Of a stretch of DNA of 38,679 bases, positions 27,057 through 36,766 are shown piece by piece. Origin of the DNA: a virus (taxonomy: Duplodnaviria; Caudoviricetes); IMG/VR virus record IMGVR_UViG_3300020045_005470, positions 1-38,679 of that record; one strand, 5' to 3'. Numbering within the stretch: the first letter of the stretch is position 1; every line of letters starts with the position of its first letter. The notes under the pieces are model-generated. The model worked only from the letters and a program-made list of their open reading frames with translations. It did no database searches and had not been told where the DNA came from. The position numbers and the translations under genes were made by a program.

Positions 27057-29009
27057 ATGGCAGACGAAACAAGTAAAGAAAAGGTAGTAATTGATTTTAG
27101 CACGAATGCAAATGCAGCTAAAAAAGACACAGATAATTTTCGTGCGTCCATTGATGCAACGGTAACGAGTACTGAGGAACAAACACAGGCGGTCACTCAG
27201 CAGGACAAGGCTTATAAAAGTATGAAAACTCAGCTTCGTGAGGCTAATCAAGAGTTAACAAAGTCTATTCAACTATACGGAGAAACTTCAACGCAGGCGG
27301 TTAACGCGGCAAAAGGAGTAGCAAATTTAAAGGATCAAATAGGTTTCGCAAAAGATTTAAGCGAGTCATTTAATCCTGATCAAAAAATGAAAGCGTTAGG
27401 TGCGGCAACCAAACTAGCTGGAACAGGATTACAGGGCGTTACTTCTGGAATGGCTTTGTTTGGTGACCAATCAAAAGACACACAAGAACAGCTATTAAAA
27501 GTGCAGGCGGCTATGGCTTTTAGTGATGCAATTAGTGGTTTATCAAATATTGGAGACCAATTTCAAGTATTTAAATCAGTTGTAAAATCTACATATGCCT
27601 CAATTATTACAGCAAAGCAAGCTGAAATAGTTGTAACCGAGGAAGCAACAGCGAAGCAAATAATTTTAAATACGGTTGCAAAAGCAAACCCATATATTTT
27701 ATTAGCTTCAATAATTGGTGCTGTTACTATTGCTACAGTTGCTTGGTATCAAGCCAGCGATAAAGCAAAAACATCATTAAACGAAGCTACAAGCGCGGTT
27801 TCCAAAAACAAAATGCAAACAGAAGCTTTGACCGAATCAATTGACGAATCGAAAAGCTCTACTGAAGCCTATAATAACATTGAAGTTTTGCGAGCTAAGT
27901 CATTAGGAGCAACAGACGAGCAAATCCAAAAGATTATAAAAAGCCAGAAAGAAATGGCCGTTACAAATGCGGGCAGCGCGTCTAGCGAAGCTTATGCAAA
28001 TTTACTAACAGCAGGTGAAGCGGCAAGATTAGCGATTAAAACCGGTAATAAGGACTTAATTAAAGACGCTCAAGAAAACCAAAAAGCAGCACAGGAACTT
28101 TATAAAAAATCAAATGATAGTTATAACCAAGCTATTTTAGCAGACGTTGAAAATAATTTAAATGCAAAAATTGAAGCGAATACAAAACAAAAGGAAATTG
28201 ATGACAAAGCAGACCAAAAAGAACAAGAAAGACGTGACAAAATAGCAGAAAAGAAAAGACAAGAACGTGAAAAAGAATTAGAGTTACAAAAAGCCTTTGA
28301 TGCCGATGTTTTAAAACAGCAACAAGCAATGAATTTGGCACGTGTTGAAATTGAAATGCAAGATAAAGCAGACGAACGCGAAAGATTACAATTACAGCAA
28401 GAAGAAACAAGTGCTAATATCGATGCTTTAGACGCTCAAAATGAAGCCAGCGCGAAAAAACAAATCGATACCGAACAAAAAATAGTTGACGCAAAAAAAG
28501 CAAATCAACAACAGATAGTATCAGGTGGCGAACAGCTAATTAAAAATGTGGCTTCATTAGCCGGAAAAAACAAAGCTATTCAAAAAGCCGCTATTATTGC
28601 GGATGGGGGTGTGTCTGTAGGAAAAGCGGTTGCGAATACCAGTGAGGCGGTTACAAAGGATTTAGCGAAAGGGATGCCGTTTTCAATTCCACTAGTTGCA
28701 TTAGATTTAGCAGTAGGAGCGACTTCGATAGCTTCAATTATTTCTGGAACTTCGAAAGCATTACAGGCAGTAGGAGGTGGTAGCGCACCGACAGCACCAA
28801 GTTTGCCAAGCTCACAAGGGATCTCGGCAACACCGCAAACAGGATTTCAAGCATCAAGTGAAAATCAAATAAGCACCTCGATAAATAACGCACAACAACA
28901 AACGCCAATTATCAAGGCTTTCGTAGTGGGGAGCGACGTTACAACGCAGCAAAGCTTAGATGCTAATTTAGTAAAGCAAAATAGTTTTGGTGGGGCAGTT
29001 GTAAAATAA
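27057..29009 (+). CDS. Tail tape measure protein
   Basis: 650 aa A/Q/K-rich helical; LLKVQAAMA, ANPYILLA and AFVVGSDVT motifs. Confidence 0.8.
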   Translation: MADETSKEKVVIDFSTNANAAKKDTDNFRASIDATVTSTEEQTQAVTQQDKAYKSMKTQLREANQELTKSIQLYGETSTQAVNAAKGVANLKDQIGFAKDLSESFNPDQKMKALGAATKLAGTGLQGVTSGMALFGDQSKDTQEQLLKVQAAMAFSDAISGLSNIGDQFQVFKSVVKSTYASIITAKQAEIVVTEEATAKQIILNTVAKANPYILLASIIGAVTIATVAWYQASDKAKTSLNEATSAVSKNKMQTEALTESIDESKSSTEAYNNIEVLRAKSLGATDEQIQKIIKSQKEMAVTNAGSASSEAYANLLTAGEAARLAIKTGNKDLIKDAQENQKAAQELYKKSNDSYNQAILADVENNLNAKIEANTKQKEIDDKADQKEQERRDKIAEKKRQEREKELELQKAFDADVLKQQQAMNLARVEIEMQDKADERERLQLQQEETSANIDALDAQNEASAKKQIDTEQKIVDAKKANQQQIVSGGEQLIKNVASLAGKNKAIQKAAIIADGGVSVGKAVANTSEAVTKDLAKGMPFSIPLVALDLAVGATSIASIISGTSKALQAVGGGSAPTAPSLPSSQGISATPQTGFQASSENQISTSINNAQQQTPIIKAFVVGSDVTTQQSLDANLVKQNSFGGAVVK

Positions 29010-29043
29010 TTAAATAAAATGTAATTTGTATTATAATATTATT

Positions 29044-29156
29044 TATATTTGCTATGAATAATTGTGTGAAGTTGCACAAAACCAAAATTTAGCCATTTTG
29101 AAAAAACGTATTAAAAGACCTAAAAGCCTACTTGATTAATTTCGAGTAGGCTTTTT
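29044..29156 (+). promoter_or_regulatory. Promoter plus structured leader C with terminator hairpin, ahead of the head operon
   Basis: TAtaTTTG 29044-29051; hairpin ttgtgt-gaagtt-gcacaa 29062-29079; 14-bp hairpin 29122-29155 with T tract. Confidence 0.65.
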
Positions 29157-29174
29157 GTCGTTACATTCAAAAAT

Positions 29175-30197
29175 ATGAAAGTATATAAATTAACAAGACC
29201 AGAAGATTATAAAGGATTATTTGCTGAAAGTTTGGTGACAGATCCAGCTATCCAAAGTAATTTAATGGCGTTTAGCGAAGAAAAAGAGTTCACATTTCAG
29301 GATGAGGAGCAAAGAATTATCTATGCGCCCGCTTTGATACCTAACAAAATGATTTTTCGCAAAGATATTCAGGGAGAACCAGCACACGTATATTTTGAAA
29401 AAGAAACTATCAAAGAATTACTAATCGAGCAATCAAGACAAGGACAAAAAACACTTATAAACGTAAACCATTCAGCGGACGTAGTTGAAGGGTGTTTTAT
29501 TTTCGAATCTTGGATAGTTGATGATAAACAAATCGATAAATCTTTTAAAATGGGTTTCGATGTTCCAGAAGGTACGTTAATGCGAGGTTACAAAATCGAT
29601 AACGATGCAGTTTGGAATGATATTAAATTAGGAAATTTAAAAGGTCTTTCAATTGAAGGTCAATTATTTCCAGAAGAAGTAAAATTAAATAAACACGATA
29701 TGAACAAAAAAGGATTAATTACTTTGGCAATTGAAGCTTTTAAAGCAGCTTTTAAATTTGCCGATATGACTGACTACGGAAACGGTTTCTTTGGTTCGTC
29801 TTTAGAATTGGGATCTATTATTTCCGATAAAGACGGCAACCCAATGGCAAACGCTGAATTTGAGTACGAAAAAAATAAGTACAAAACCGATGATATGGGA
29901 GCGATTTCAGAAATCGAACCTATCGAAGATGCACCAGCAGAGCCGGCAGATGATGGTAAAGATGCTAAAATCTTAGAATTAGAAACTAAAATTGCTGATT
30001 TAGAAGCGAAACTTACCGAGGCAACAGCCACAAAAATGGCTAACGAGGCAGTGATCCCAGAATTAGAAGCTAGACTTGTAAAACTTGAATCTGAGTTGAT
30101 TGAAGCAAGAAAAATTAAACCTATCATTTTAGCTGAGGAAGTTCCTTATGAAAAAATGACCAACGCACAAAAAGTAAAATTTAACCGAAACAAATAA
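29175..30197 (+). CDS. Prohead protease/scaffold (XkdF-like serine protease)
   Basis: RIIYAPALIPNK.I.R, NVNH, FESWIV, LKGLSIEG; acidic coiled-coil C-terminus; upstream of capsid gene. Confidence 0.8.
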   Translation: MKVYKLTRPEDYKGLFAESLVTDPAIQSNLMAFSEEKEFTFQDEEQRIIYAPALIPNKMIFRKDIQGEPAHVYFEKETIKELLIEQSRQGQKTLINVNHSADVVEGCFIFESWIVDDKQIDKSFKMGFDVPEGTLMRGYKIDNDAVWNDIKLGNLKGLSIEGQLFPEEVKLNKHDMNKKGLITLAIEAFKAAFKFADMTDYGNGFFGSSLELGSIISDKDGNPMANAEFEYEKNKYKTDDMGAISEIEPIEDAPAEPADDGKDAKILELETKIADLEAKLTEATATKMANEAVIPELEARLVKLESELIEARKIKPIILAEEVPYEKMTNAQKVKFNRNK

Positions 30198-30200
30198 AAA

Positions 30201-30476
30201 ATGTTAGAAGAAGAAAAAAAACCAGAAGAAATAGAGGCTGCCATCGAACCGAAGGCAGAAACTAAAGGCGATGCTAAAAAAGAACCGAAGGCAGAAACTA
30301 AAAAATCATTTTTAAATCCGTTCGAAACAGGCGTTTCTTACAAAGACTTTTTAAAAGAAGTTAAGGATTCTAAAAAATCAATTGCGGAATATTGCAAAGG
30401 AAAATTAAAAGACGAAGAAATTTCTTGGATTGAAATTGAAATCGCTAATTTCGAAAACAACCAAACTAACAAATAA
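30201..30476 (+). CDS. Hypothetical charged protein with duplicated EPKAETK
   Basis: Exact 21-nt repeat gaaccgaaggcagaaactaaa at 30246-30266 and 30282-30302. Confidence 0.65.
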   Translation: MLEEEKKPEEIEAAIEPKAETKGDAKKEPKAETKKSFLNPFETGVSYKDFLKEVKDSKKSIAEYCKGKLKDEEISWIEIEIANFENNQTNK

Positions 30477-30483
30477 AAAAACT

Positions 30484-31518
30484 ATGGCAGTATCATTTAC
30501 AGGCGTAAAAACCGCCCAATCGGAATATCCTGAAATCGTTCAGGAAATTTATGCAGACTCACCAACGTTCCGAGGTGAAACAATTGAAATTGTAGAAGGG
30601 CATAAATCAGGAATGGATATTTACGAAAGTTCAGCAAGCGTGACTTTTTCAGCGGCAAACTACGGTCAAGTAACAGCCGACAACGTAGCTTTATCTTCTG
30701 AAAAATCAGTGGTAAATCTTAAAACGTTTAACGTTGAGGGAATCATTGACGAAAGCACTTTGTTAAGCACTCGTTTTGAAAAAACAATGGCGGCAGGCGC
30801 TTACAATGTTGTATCAGATGAATTCGATAAAAAAGTTTTGATTCAAGTGCAACCAGCTATTGGCGCAAAATTAGAATCAGGAGTTTGGAATGGAGCGACA
30901 GCGGATACAAAAGCAGCTATTGCAGCATTAACACCGGGAGCGGCTCAAGGCTCTATTTCAGCAGGCGCACAAACATTAGTTGCAGCAATGCCAACTACTT
31001 TGTTTGATTCAGTACCAGCTACAATGCTTTACAATGATTCGCAATCGAAAGCAGTTCCGGGAGCAGGTTTAGGAGACTACAAAAAAGTATTGACAATTGC
31101 GGCTGTAACAAGTGCTACAATCGTTGCGGAGTACGTTAAGATTTACAATGTGATTCCAGACGATGTTTTGGTAAAAGTAGGTGATGATGCACCAGTAATT
31201 TTTGCGCCAAAAGGTGATTATAAATTAATCAAAGCAGCAAACAGAGTTCAGGGCGCAGCCTTACAAGAAAACTTTGTTGGAACTTCATTCAACGATATGT
31301 ATTTCAACGATGTTAAAATCATATTTGTTGACCTTGTAGGATTTAGAATTGCAGCACAAAAATATAACCTTAAATTGGTTATGGATTTATTGAGTGATTC
31401 ATCTCAATTGATTATCGAAAAAGAAGCTAACGCCTCTACTCGTAGAATCTTGAAAATGATCAACACAATGACTACTTGGGTTGTGAAACAAAAATGGAAC
31501 GTTCTTTACGGAGGATAA
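30484..31518 (+). CDS. Major capsid protein (probable)
   Basis: 344 aa from MAVSFTG; follows protease/scaffold; followed by a terminator. Confidence 0.7.
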   Translation: MAVSFTGVKTAQSEYPEIVQEIYADSPTFRGETIEIVEGHKSGMDIYESSASVTFSAANYGQVTADNVALSSEKSVVNLKTFNVEGIIDESTLLSTRFEKTMAAGAYNVVSDEFDKKVLIQVQPAIGAKLESGVWNGATADTKAAIAALTPGAAQGSISAGAQTLVAAMPTTLFDSVPATMLYNDSQSKAVPGAGLGDYKKVLTIAAVTSATIVAEYVKIYNVIPDDVLVKVGDDAPVIFAPKGDYKLIKAANRVQGAALQENFVGTSFNDMYFNDVKIIFVDLVGFRIAAQKYNLKLVMDLLSDSSQLIIEKEANASTRRILKMINTMTTWVVKQKWNVLYGG

Positions 31519-31536
31519 TCTATAATTATTCTAAAT
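31518..31536. promoter_or_regulatory. Fur-box-like operator 5
   Basis: ATCTATAATTATTCTAAAT, 16/18; between the capsid stop codon and the terminator. Confidence 0.45.
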
Positions 31537-31539
31537 AAC

Positions 31540-31566
31540 AAACCCTCTCATTTGAGGGGGTTTTTT
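31540..31566 (+). terminator. Intrinsic terminator after capsid gene
   Basis: aaaccctctc-attt-gagggggttt plus further T residues. Confidence 0.8.
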
Positions 31567-31580
31567 AATACAAAAAGTTT

Positions 31581-31883
31581 ATGCCACGAATAAATTTAGG
31601 AGTTCTCAATTGTTTGCCAGCGAATAAATTACCTATTGGTTACAAAAAGCCATTGGTTAATACATTCCAGGCTTACAATTCAATAGAAAAATTAAACTTA
31701 ATTGTTTTGAAATCTGAGGTTAAAAAACCGATGATTGATATTGTAAACAGTTTAAAAAAACAAATTAATTCTTTAGTTGAAAAAAGAGAAAATATAGAAA
31801 CATTCGGGGTTTTGAAAAACATTTCAGAAAATGAAACTTCACACATTTGCGAAGTTGATCTTTACATTAAAAATTTAATTTAA
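31581..31883 (+). CDS. Hypothetical protein
   Basis: 100 aa ORF filling the intergenic space. Confidence 0.6.
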   Translation: MPRINLGVLNCLPANKLPIGYKKPLVNTFQAYNSIEKLNLIVLKSEVKKPMIDIVNSLKKQINSLVEKRENIETFGVLKNISENETSHICEVDLYIKNLI

Positions 31884-31896
31884 AAAATAAAAAGAT

Positions 31897-32421
31897 ATGC
31901 CAGTATGCGGAACAACGCTCACAGCGTCACGAAAAAAAACAGGCTTCGTTAAGCCAAAAGGATATAAGGCTATTGGATTTGCAGTATGGGATAGTACTAG
32001 CATAATCCAAAATACGGCAACAGGCGTTATAGCTTTGCCTGTAGGAATTACAGATGTTTATCGTTTTGAGGTAAAAAATACAGCGGACAACTTTATTGAA
32101 ACAGCCGCAAAAGATATGGTGACAATGACTGGTCAAAAAACAGGCGTTGGAACTTTCGCTTTAATGTATTGCGATAGGATTGCAAATGTTACAGATGCAC
32201 AGGCATTATTGGACGGTGTGTTTAATATTTTCTTTGAACACAACGATGGTAGTGTTACGGTTGCAGGTGCTGTTAATGGTGCGGATATTACACAAGTAGT
32301 AGAGAGCACAGATGCGCAAGGTTTCCTATTTACAGCAAGCACAATTGAGCCATCATTCGCTTATACTTTAGCTAGCGCAGGAGTAACGGCTTATAATGCT
32401 ATTGTAGTAGCCGTAGTATAA
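31897..32421 (+). CDS. Putative major tail (tube) protein
   Basis: 174 aa A/T/G-rich; beta pattern and position after capsid gene. Confidence 0.55.
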   Translation: MPVCGTTLTASRKKTGFVKPKGYKAIGFAVWDSTSIIQNTATGVIALPVGITDVYRFEVKNTADNFIETAAKDMVTMTGQKTGVGTFALMYCDRIANVTDAQALLDGVFNIFFEHNDGSVTVAGAVNGADITQVVESTDAQGFLFTASTIEPSFAYTLASAGVTAYNAIVVAVV

Positions 32422-32744
32422 TGAAAGTTATAAAATTAAATACACCTTTTGAGTTGAGCGCGGTTCTTAGAATTGCGCCAACTTATGGGGATGTACTAAT
32501 TTTCACAGCAATAAACGAATTTTCACAAGTTGAAATTACTCAAACATTAACTTGGACAATAAAAAACGATAGATTATTATTTACTTTAGCTTCAAACGTA
32601 GATTTTAAAGCTGGAAATAAGTACGAAATATCTATTTCAAACGACACAAAAATCATTTACTTAGGAAAAATGATAGTTGTAAATGAATTAACTGACATTC
32701 AAAACTACACACCATCGAAACAAACGACGCAACGCTTCATTTAA
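32421..32744 (+). CDS. Hypothetical virion protein
   Basis: TAATG overlaps at both ends; beta-rich. Confidence 0.6.
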   Translation: MKVIKLNTPFELSAVLRIAPTYGDVLIFTAINEFSQVEITQTLTWTIKNDRLLFTLASNVDFKAGNKYEISISNDTKIIYLGKMIVVNELTDIQNYTPSKQTTQRFI

Positions 32745-33793
32745 TGACTTTTTCAGCTTATATGCCTTCTATAAAAGAAGTCGTTGTAGGCACAAAATAC
32801 ATTTTAAACGGGGTGAATAACGAAAACTACAAACTATTTGGAGATGCTTACGATGATAGCGTAACTAATAGCGCATGTATTAATGATATTTCAAACTTAG
32901 TAGTTGGTGAAGGATTAATTGATGCGTCAAATACTCACAATCCTTATATTAATATTTCTGAACAAGATTTTAATCTTGCAGTTTTGGATTACGAAAAACA
33001 AGGCGCGTGTACTTTTGAGATAGTTTGGGGATCAGAAAATAAACCAGCTAAAATATTCCATAAGCCAATTGAAACAATAGGATTGAACGTAAATGAAAAT
33101 CAGGAAATAAATGGCTATTGGTATTCTTATGATTGGTGCAAAAAATGGAAGTATGTGCCACAATTTTACACTAAATTTAATGGTGAAAAACCAGAAAACG
33201 GAGTTTCTATTTTAAGAATTGTTCGCCCATCAAATGAACCTTTGTTCCCACGTCCTCATTGGTTTCCTGCTTTACGCTGGGCACAAGATGAAGGATTAAT
33301 GGCTCAACATTCATTTAGCGATATTAAAACTGGATTTTCAGGTCAAAAAGTAATTAATTGGGCGGGAGGTCGTGGACTTACAGATGCGCAAAAAGATGAT
33401 GCAGCCACTAAATTAAGAGATAAATTTTCTGGAATAAATGGTCAAAGAATAGTCGTTTCAGTTGGAAATAGTCCTGAAAATGCAGTTATAGTAGATAATA
33501 TTGACCCGCCAAATGTAAACGCAACTTATGTTAATTATACCGAAGAAGCTGAAAGAAAAATATTAATTGCGCACTCATATCCAGCTATTTTATTAGCCGG
33601 TTCAAAAACAGGTTTTAGTTCAAATGCAGACGAAATAGCAGTTGCTACGAAATCAGTATTTAGGAGAAAAATAAACCCAGATAGAAATGTAATTTTAAGC
33701 GAGTTACAAAAAGTTTTTAAATTAATTGAGCCGTCTATTGTTTTAGACTGTAAAAACTTTGATAGTGATAATTTAGATACCAATACCAAATGA
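32744..33793 (+). CDS. Portal protein (probable)
   Basis: YDDSVTNSACIN, ERKILIAHSYP.IL.G...GFSSNADEI...I.P pattern of portal stem and crown helices. Confidence 0.75.
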   Translation: MTFSAYMPSIKEVVVGTKYILNGVNNENYKLFGDAYDDSVTNSACINDISNLVVGEGLIDASNTHNPYINISEQDFNLAVLDYEKQGACTFEIVWGSENKPAKIFHKPIETIGLNVNENQEINGYWYSYDWCKKWKYVPQFYTKFNGEKPENGVSILRIVRPSNEPLFPRPHWFPALRWAQDEGLMAQHSFSDIKTGFSGQKVINWAGGRGLTDAQKDDAATKLRDKFSGINGQRIVVSVGNSPENAVIVDNIDPPNVNATYVNYTEEAERKILIAHSYPAILLAGSKTGFSSNADEIAVATKSVFRRKINPDRNVILSELQKVFKLIEPSIVLDCKNFDSDNLDTNTK

Positions 33794-34266
33794 GCCAAAT
33801 AAAACTTTTTATACAGCCTTCCGATGTAATTTCATTGACTCAATTCGATGGAAACATTGACATTGACAATATGAAGCCTATGATTTTTATCGCTCAAACA
33901 ACGCACTTAAAAGCGTTTTTAGGTTTAAAATTATACGACAAGATTTATGCTGATTTTGATGCAGACACTTTAGCGGGTGAGTACTTAATTATTTTCAATG
34001 ATTACATAAAAGACTTTTTATCTTACTATACGTCCGCATTATTTGTTGATTTTGGAAGCTATAAAGTTTCAGAAAATGGTATACATAAAATATCCAGTGA
34101 AAATTTGGTGAATTTAGACGCTTCTGAAATTGAAAGATTAACTTTGAAATACTTATCTTTGATTGCAGGAGTTGAAGCAAATTTTAAGGAATATGTTTCA
34201 GATAAAAATCTTCCAGAATTGCAAGAACATAGTATTAATATAGAAGATTCATTCCCATGGCATTAA
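33790..34266 (+). CDS. Putative head-tail adaptor
   Basis: GNIDID...I.IAQ..HL..FLG.KLY helical pattern; directly after portal. Confidence 0.55.
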   Translation: MSQIKLFIQPSDVISLTQFDGNIDIDNMKPMIFIAQTTHLKAFLGLKLYDKIYADFDADTLAGEYLIIFNDYIKDFLSYYTSALFVDFGSYKVSENGIHKISSENLVNLDASEIERLTLKYLSLIAGVEANFKEYVSDKNLPELQEHSINIEDSFPWH

Positions 34267-34757
34267 TACAAAACATAAATGTTTCGACTCCTAATGATGG
34301 TTTAGGCGATACGCTTCGGGATTCACAAGTTAAGGCAAATGAGAACTTTGCCGAACTTAATTTAAAAAAAGTTGAAGTACAGGCTGGATTTGGATTGACA
34401 CAGGAAAATTTTACAACTGCTGAAAAGGCTAAACTTGCCGACATTGCAGCCGATGCCGAAAAGAATGTACAAGCAAACTGGAATCAATTAGATGATACCC
34501 AAGACGACTTTATTATTGGAAAACCAACAAGTATTTTACAAACTATATCATCATTACGATTTATAGGAGCAGGGCAAACTTATACTATTTCAGTTGGGGG
34601 AATTGCATTTAAAGGATGGATAAATGATGGAGTGCAACATTTAGAGCAAGCAGGTTTTGAAAGCGATTTAAATACGTTTATTCAAATAGGAAATAATGTT
34701 ACATTTAAAAAACCAATCACAGCAGGACAACGAATAATTTTAGACTTTTACTTATGA
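34257..34757 (+). CDS. Baseplate/fibre-attachment protein with T4 gp9/gp10-like N-terminal motif
   Basis: INVSTPNDGLGDTLRDSQVKANENFAEL. Confidence 0.65.
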   Translation: MALIQNINVSTPNDGLGDTLRDSQVKANENFAELNLKKVEVQAGFGLTQENFTTAEKAKLADIAADAEKNVQANWNQLDDTQDDFIIGKPTSILQTISSLRFIGAGQTYTISVGGIAFKGWINDGVQHLEQAGFESDLNTFIQIGNNVTFKKPITAGQRIILDFYL

Positions 34758-35890
34758 AAAATATACTTTTTTTACTTTTTTCAATCGCAACATTTGGACA
34801 AGTTTCTACAGGTCAAGAAACCCCGTTCGACTATGGAATACAAAATACAGCCGCACAATTAGTTGGTAATTCTGACTATGTAGTTACGCAGGGTAGCGAT
34901 GGTACTTATGGAAAGTATTTATTTAACTTAAACAATATTGACAAAAAACAATATTTAGCTACTGGTTTAATTAAAAACGGTACTATTTCAATAAATGCAG
35001 ACCCGACAAAATATAATATTAGCGCAGGAATAGGGGTTATAACAAATTACGACAATCCAGAAATACCAACGTGTACGGTCGTTAATTTTCCTGCTGTTAC
35101 TGGAAAAACACCAACCTATTTAAATATAGGACTTATAACATACGTTGCAATAAATTCAAGCGGTGTAGTCGTTGAGCAAGCTACACAATTTACAACAAGT
35201 CAAAGACGTGATTTAATTATATTGGGGGCGGTTATTCATTCTAATTTAACAAGCATAAACGTAGTAAATAATATTAGTGCTCCAACAAACGCAGATACAA
35301 ACCAACTACACGACCTTATGACTTATATAGGGGCGTTAAATTTAACAGGAAATAAATATACTGCAAATGGCGCGAATCTCTCTCTCGATAAAAGCGCGGG
35401 AAGTATATTTAAAGCAGGCGTTAATTTTGCAACTGATTGGAAGAAGCCACACGAATTAGAACAATCTTTACAAACATTATTGACGTTTAGATATAGACTT
35501 TCTAACGGCACGGAATATGCAGACGCTACGGTTTTAAATCCTGCTATATATGAATCAGGGGGAATTTTAATAGCCGTACCATCGAACAAATTTACCATTC
35601 AAACGGTTACAATGTTTCAAACAGGTTTGACACGAATACAGCCGGGACAAAACATTTATAATTCACTTGCAGAAGCTGAAAGTGCTATTTTAACGCGTTC
35701 TTTCGTTGTTGAAACGAATATAGCTGCAAACGGAATAACACGCGCTTATGTGATATTACGTAATTCAGCAACATCATTACAGAATATAAATGATGCAAAA
35801 ATAATTGAGACTACTAAATTTGGAGGTGTTGCAAGTGGTGGGGTTTCTTTAAGTGATTCGGCTATTATTGCGGCTTTGGGATATACGCCG
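34561..35890 (+). repeat. Diverged direct repeat, copy 2 (copy 1 at 1..1330)
   Basis: Gapless alignment at offset 34560. Confidence 0.95.
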
Positions 35891-36766
35891 GAAAATGCAG
35901 CGAATAAAAGTAATGCTTATGTAGTTGATGGCACAGGAACTAAATATTACACGTCAGATTATATTAATACAAATTTACCCACTAATTACACTACAATTGT
36001 TTATGTGAATTCAACATCGCCAAATACGGCGACTATTTTTGATGATGTTAATCCCCCTATTGCGAATGATGATGCTTTGAAATTAAGTACAGCAAATTTA
36101 TATATTGGAACAGACGCAAGTACTTGGGTGTATAATGGCAGTACTTATGTGACTAAAACAGTTCCTACTTCATCAAACTTTTATATAGAAAGCACTACGA
36201 CTGATGCTGGAAGCAACAAAACATCCAACATACAAAGGTCTGGAGGTGTTGTTTTTGGAAATTACATATACTCTTACGGAGAAATAGTTTCTAAAAAAGC
36301 AGCATCCGATACGGTACTTTCTGGAAGTAATTTTAGATTATTTAACAATGCAGGAACAGATGGAAATATTTTTCAATTGAACGCCTCAAACGGTATAGAT
36401 ATATGGAATTACACAAGTGGAGTTTGGAACAAAAGATTTACTTTCTCAAGTAGCGGCATATTTTCGGCTACTGCAATAAACGCAGGTATTGTGGTTCGTA
36501 AAATTTCAACAAACACAACGCTTTCAGATAGCGATAATGGGAAAGTAATTCTACTTACTGCATCATGCACAGTTACTTTACCAAATGGGTTAATGAACGG
36601 TTTTAACTGTTCTTTTTCCACGTTAGCAGGCGTTACAATGACTTATGCGTTAGGTGGGTCTGTTACATTATTAAACAATATAGGAACTACAATGGCTGAA
36701 AAACTAAGCCATACAATTGTAAATACGGGGGTTTCAAATGAATATTTAACAGCTGGGTCGTTATGA
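34754..36766 (+). CDS. Second tail fibre/adhesin, paralog of 194..3568 with a different C-terminus
   Basis: First 379 aa differ from ORF 194 at 17 positions by my count; unrelated after ALGYTP. Confidence 0.75.
   Translation: MKNILFLLFSIATFGQVSTGQETPFDYGIQNTAAQLVGNSDYVVTQGSDGTYGKYLFNLNNIDKKQYLATGLIKNGTISINADPTKYNISAGIGVITNYDNPEIPTCTVVNFPAVTGKTPTYLNIGLITYVAINSSGVVVEQATQFTTSQRRDLIILGAVIHSNLTSINVVNNISAPTNADTNQLHDLMTYIGALNLTGNKYTANGANLSLDKSAGSIFKAGVNFATDWKKPHELEQSLQTLLTFRYRLSNGTEYADATVLNPAIYESGGILIAVPSNKFTIQTVTMFQTGLTRIQPGQNIYNSLAEAESAILTRSFVVETNIAANGITRAYVILRNSATSLQNINDAKIIETTKFGGVASGGVSLSDSAIIAALGYTPENAANKSNAYVVDGTGTKYYTSDYINTNLPTNYTTIVYVNSTSPNTATIFDDVNPPIANDDALKLSTANLYIGTDASTWVYNGSTYVTKTVPTSSNFYIESTTTDAGSNKTSNIQRSGGVVFGNYIYSYGEIVSKKAASDTVLSGSNFRLFNNAGTDGNIFQLNASNGIDIWNYTSGVWNKRFTFSSSGIFSATAINAGIVVRKISTNTTLSDSDNGKVILLTASCTVTLPNGLMNGFNCSFSTLAGVTMTYALGGSVTLLNNIGTTMAEKLSHTIVNTGVSNEYLTAGSL

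Noticed and set aside
556-36621. Minus-strand ORFs in the track other than 5233..5718 (e.g. 7532, 14443, 18034, 29774)
   Set aside because: Antisense shadows of well-supported plus-strand genes with no recognisable motifs
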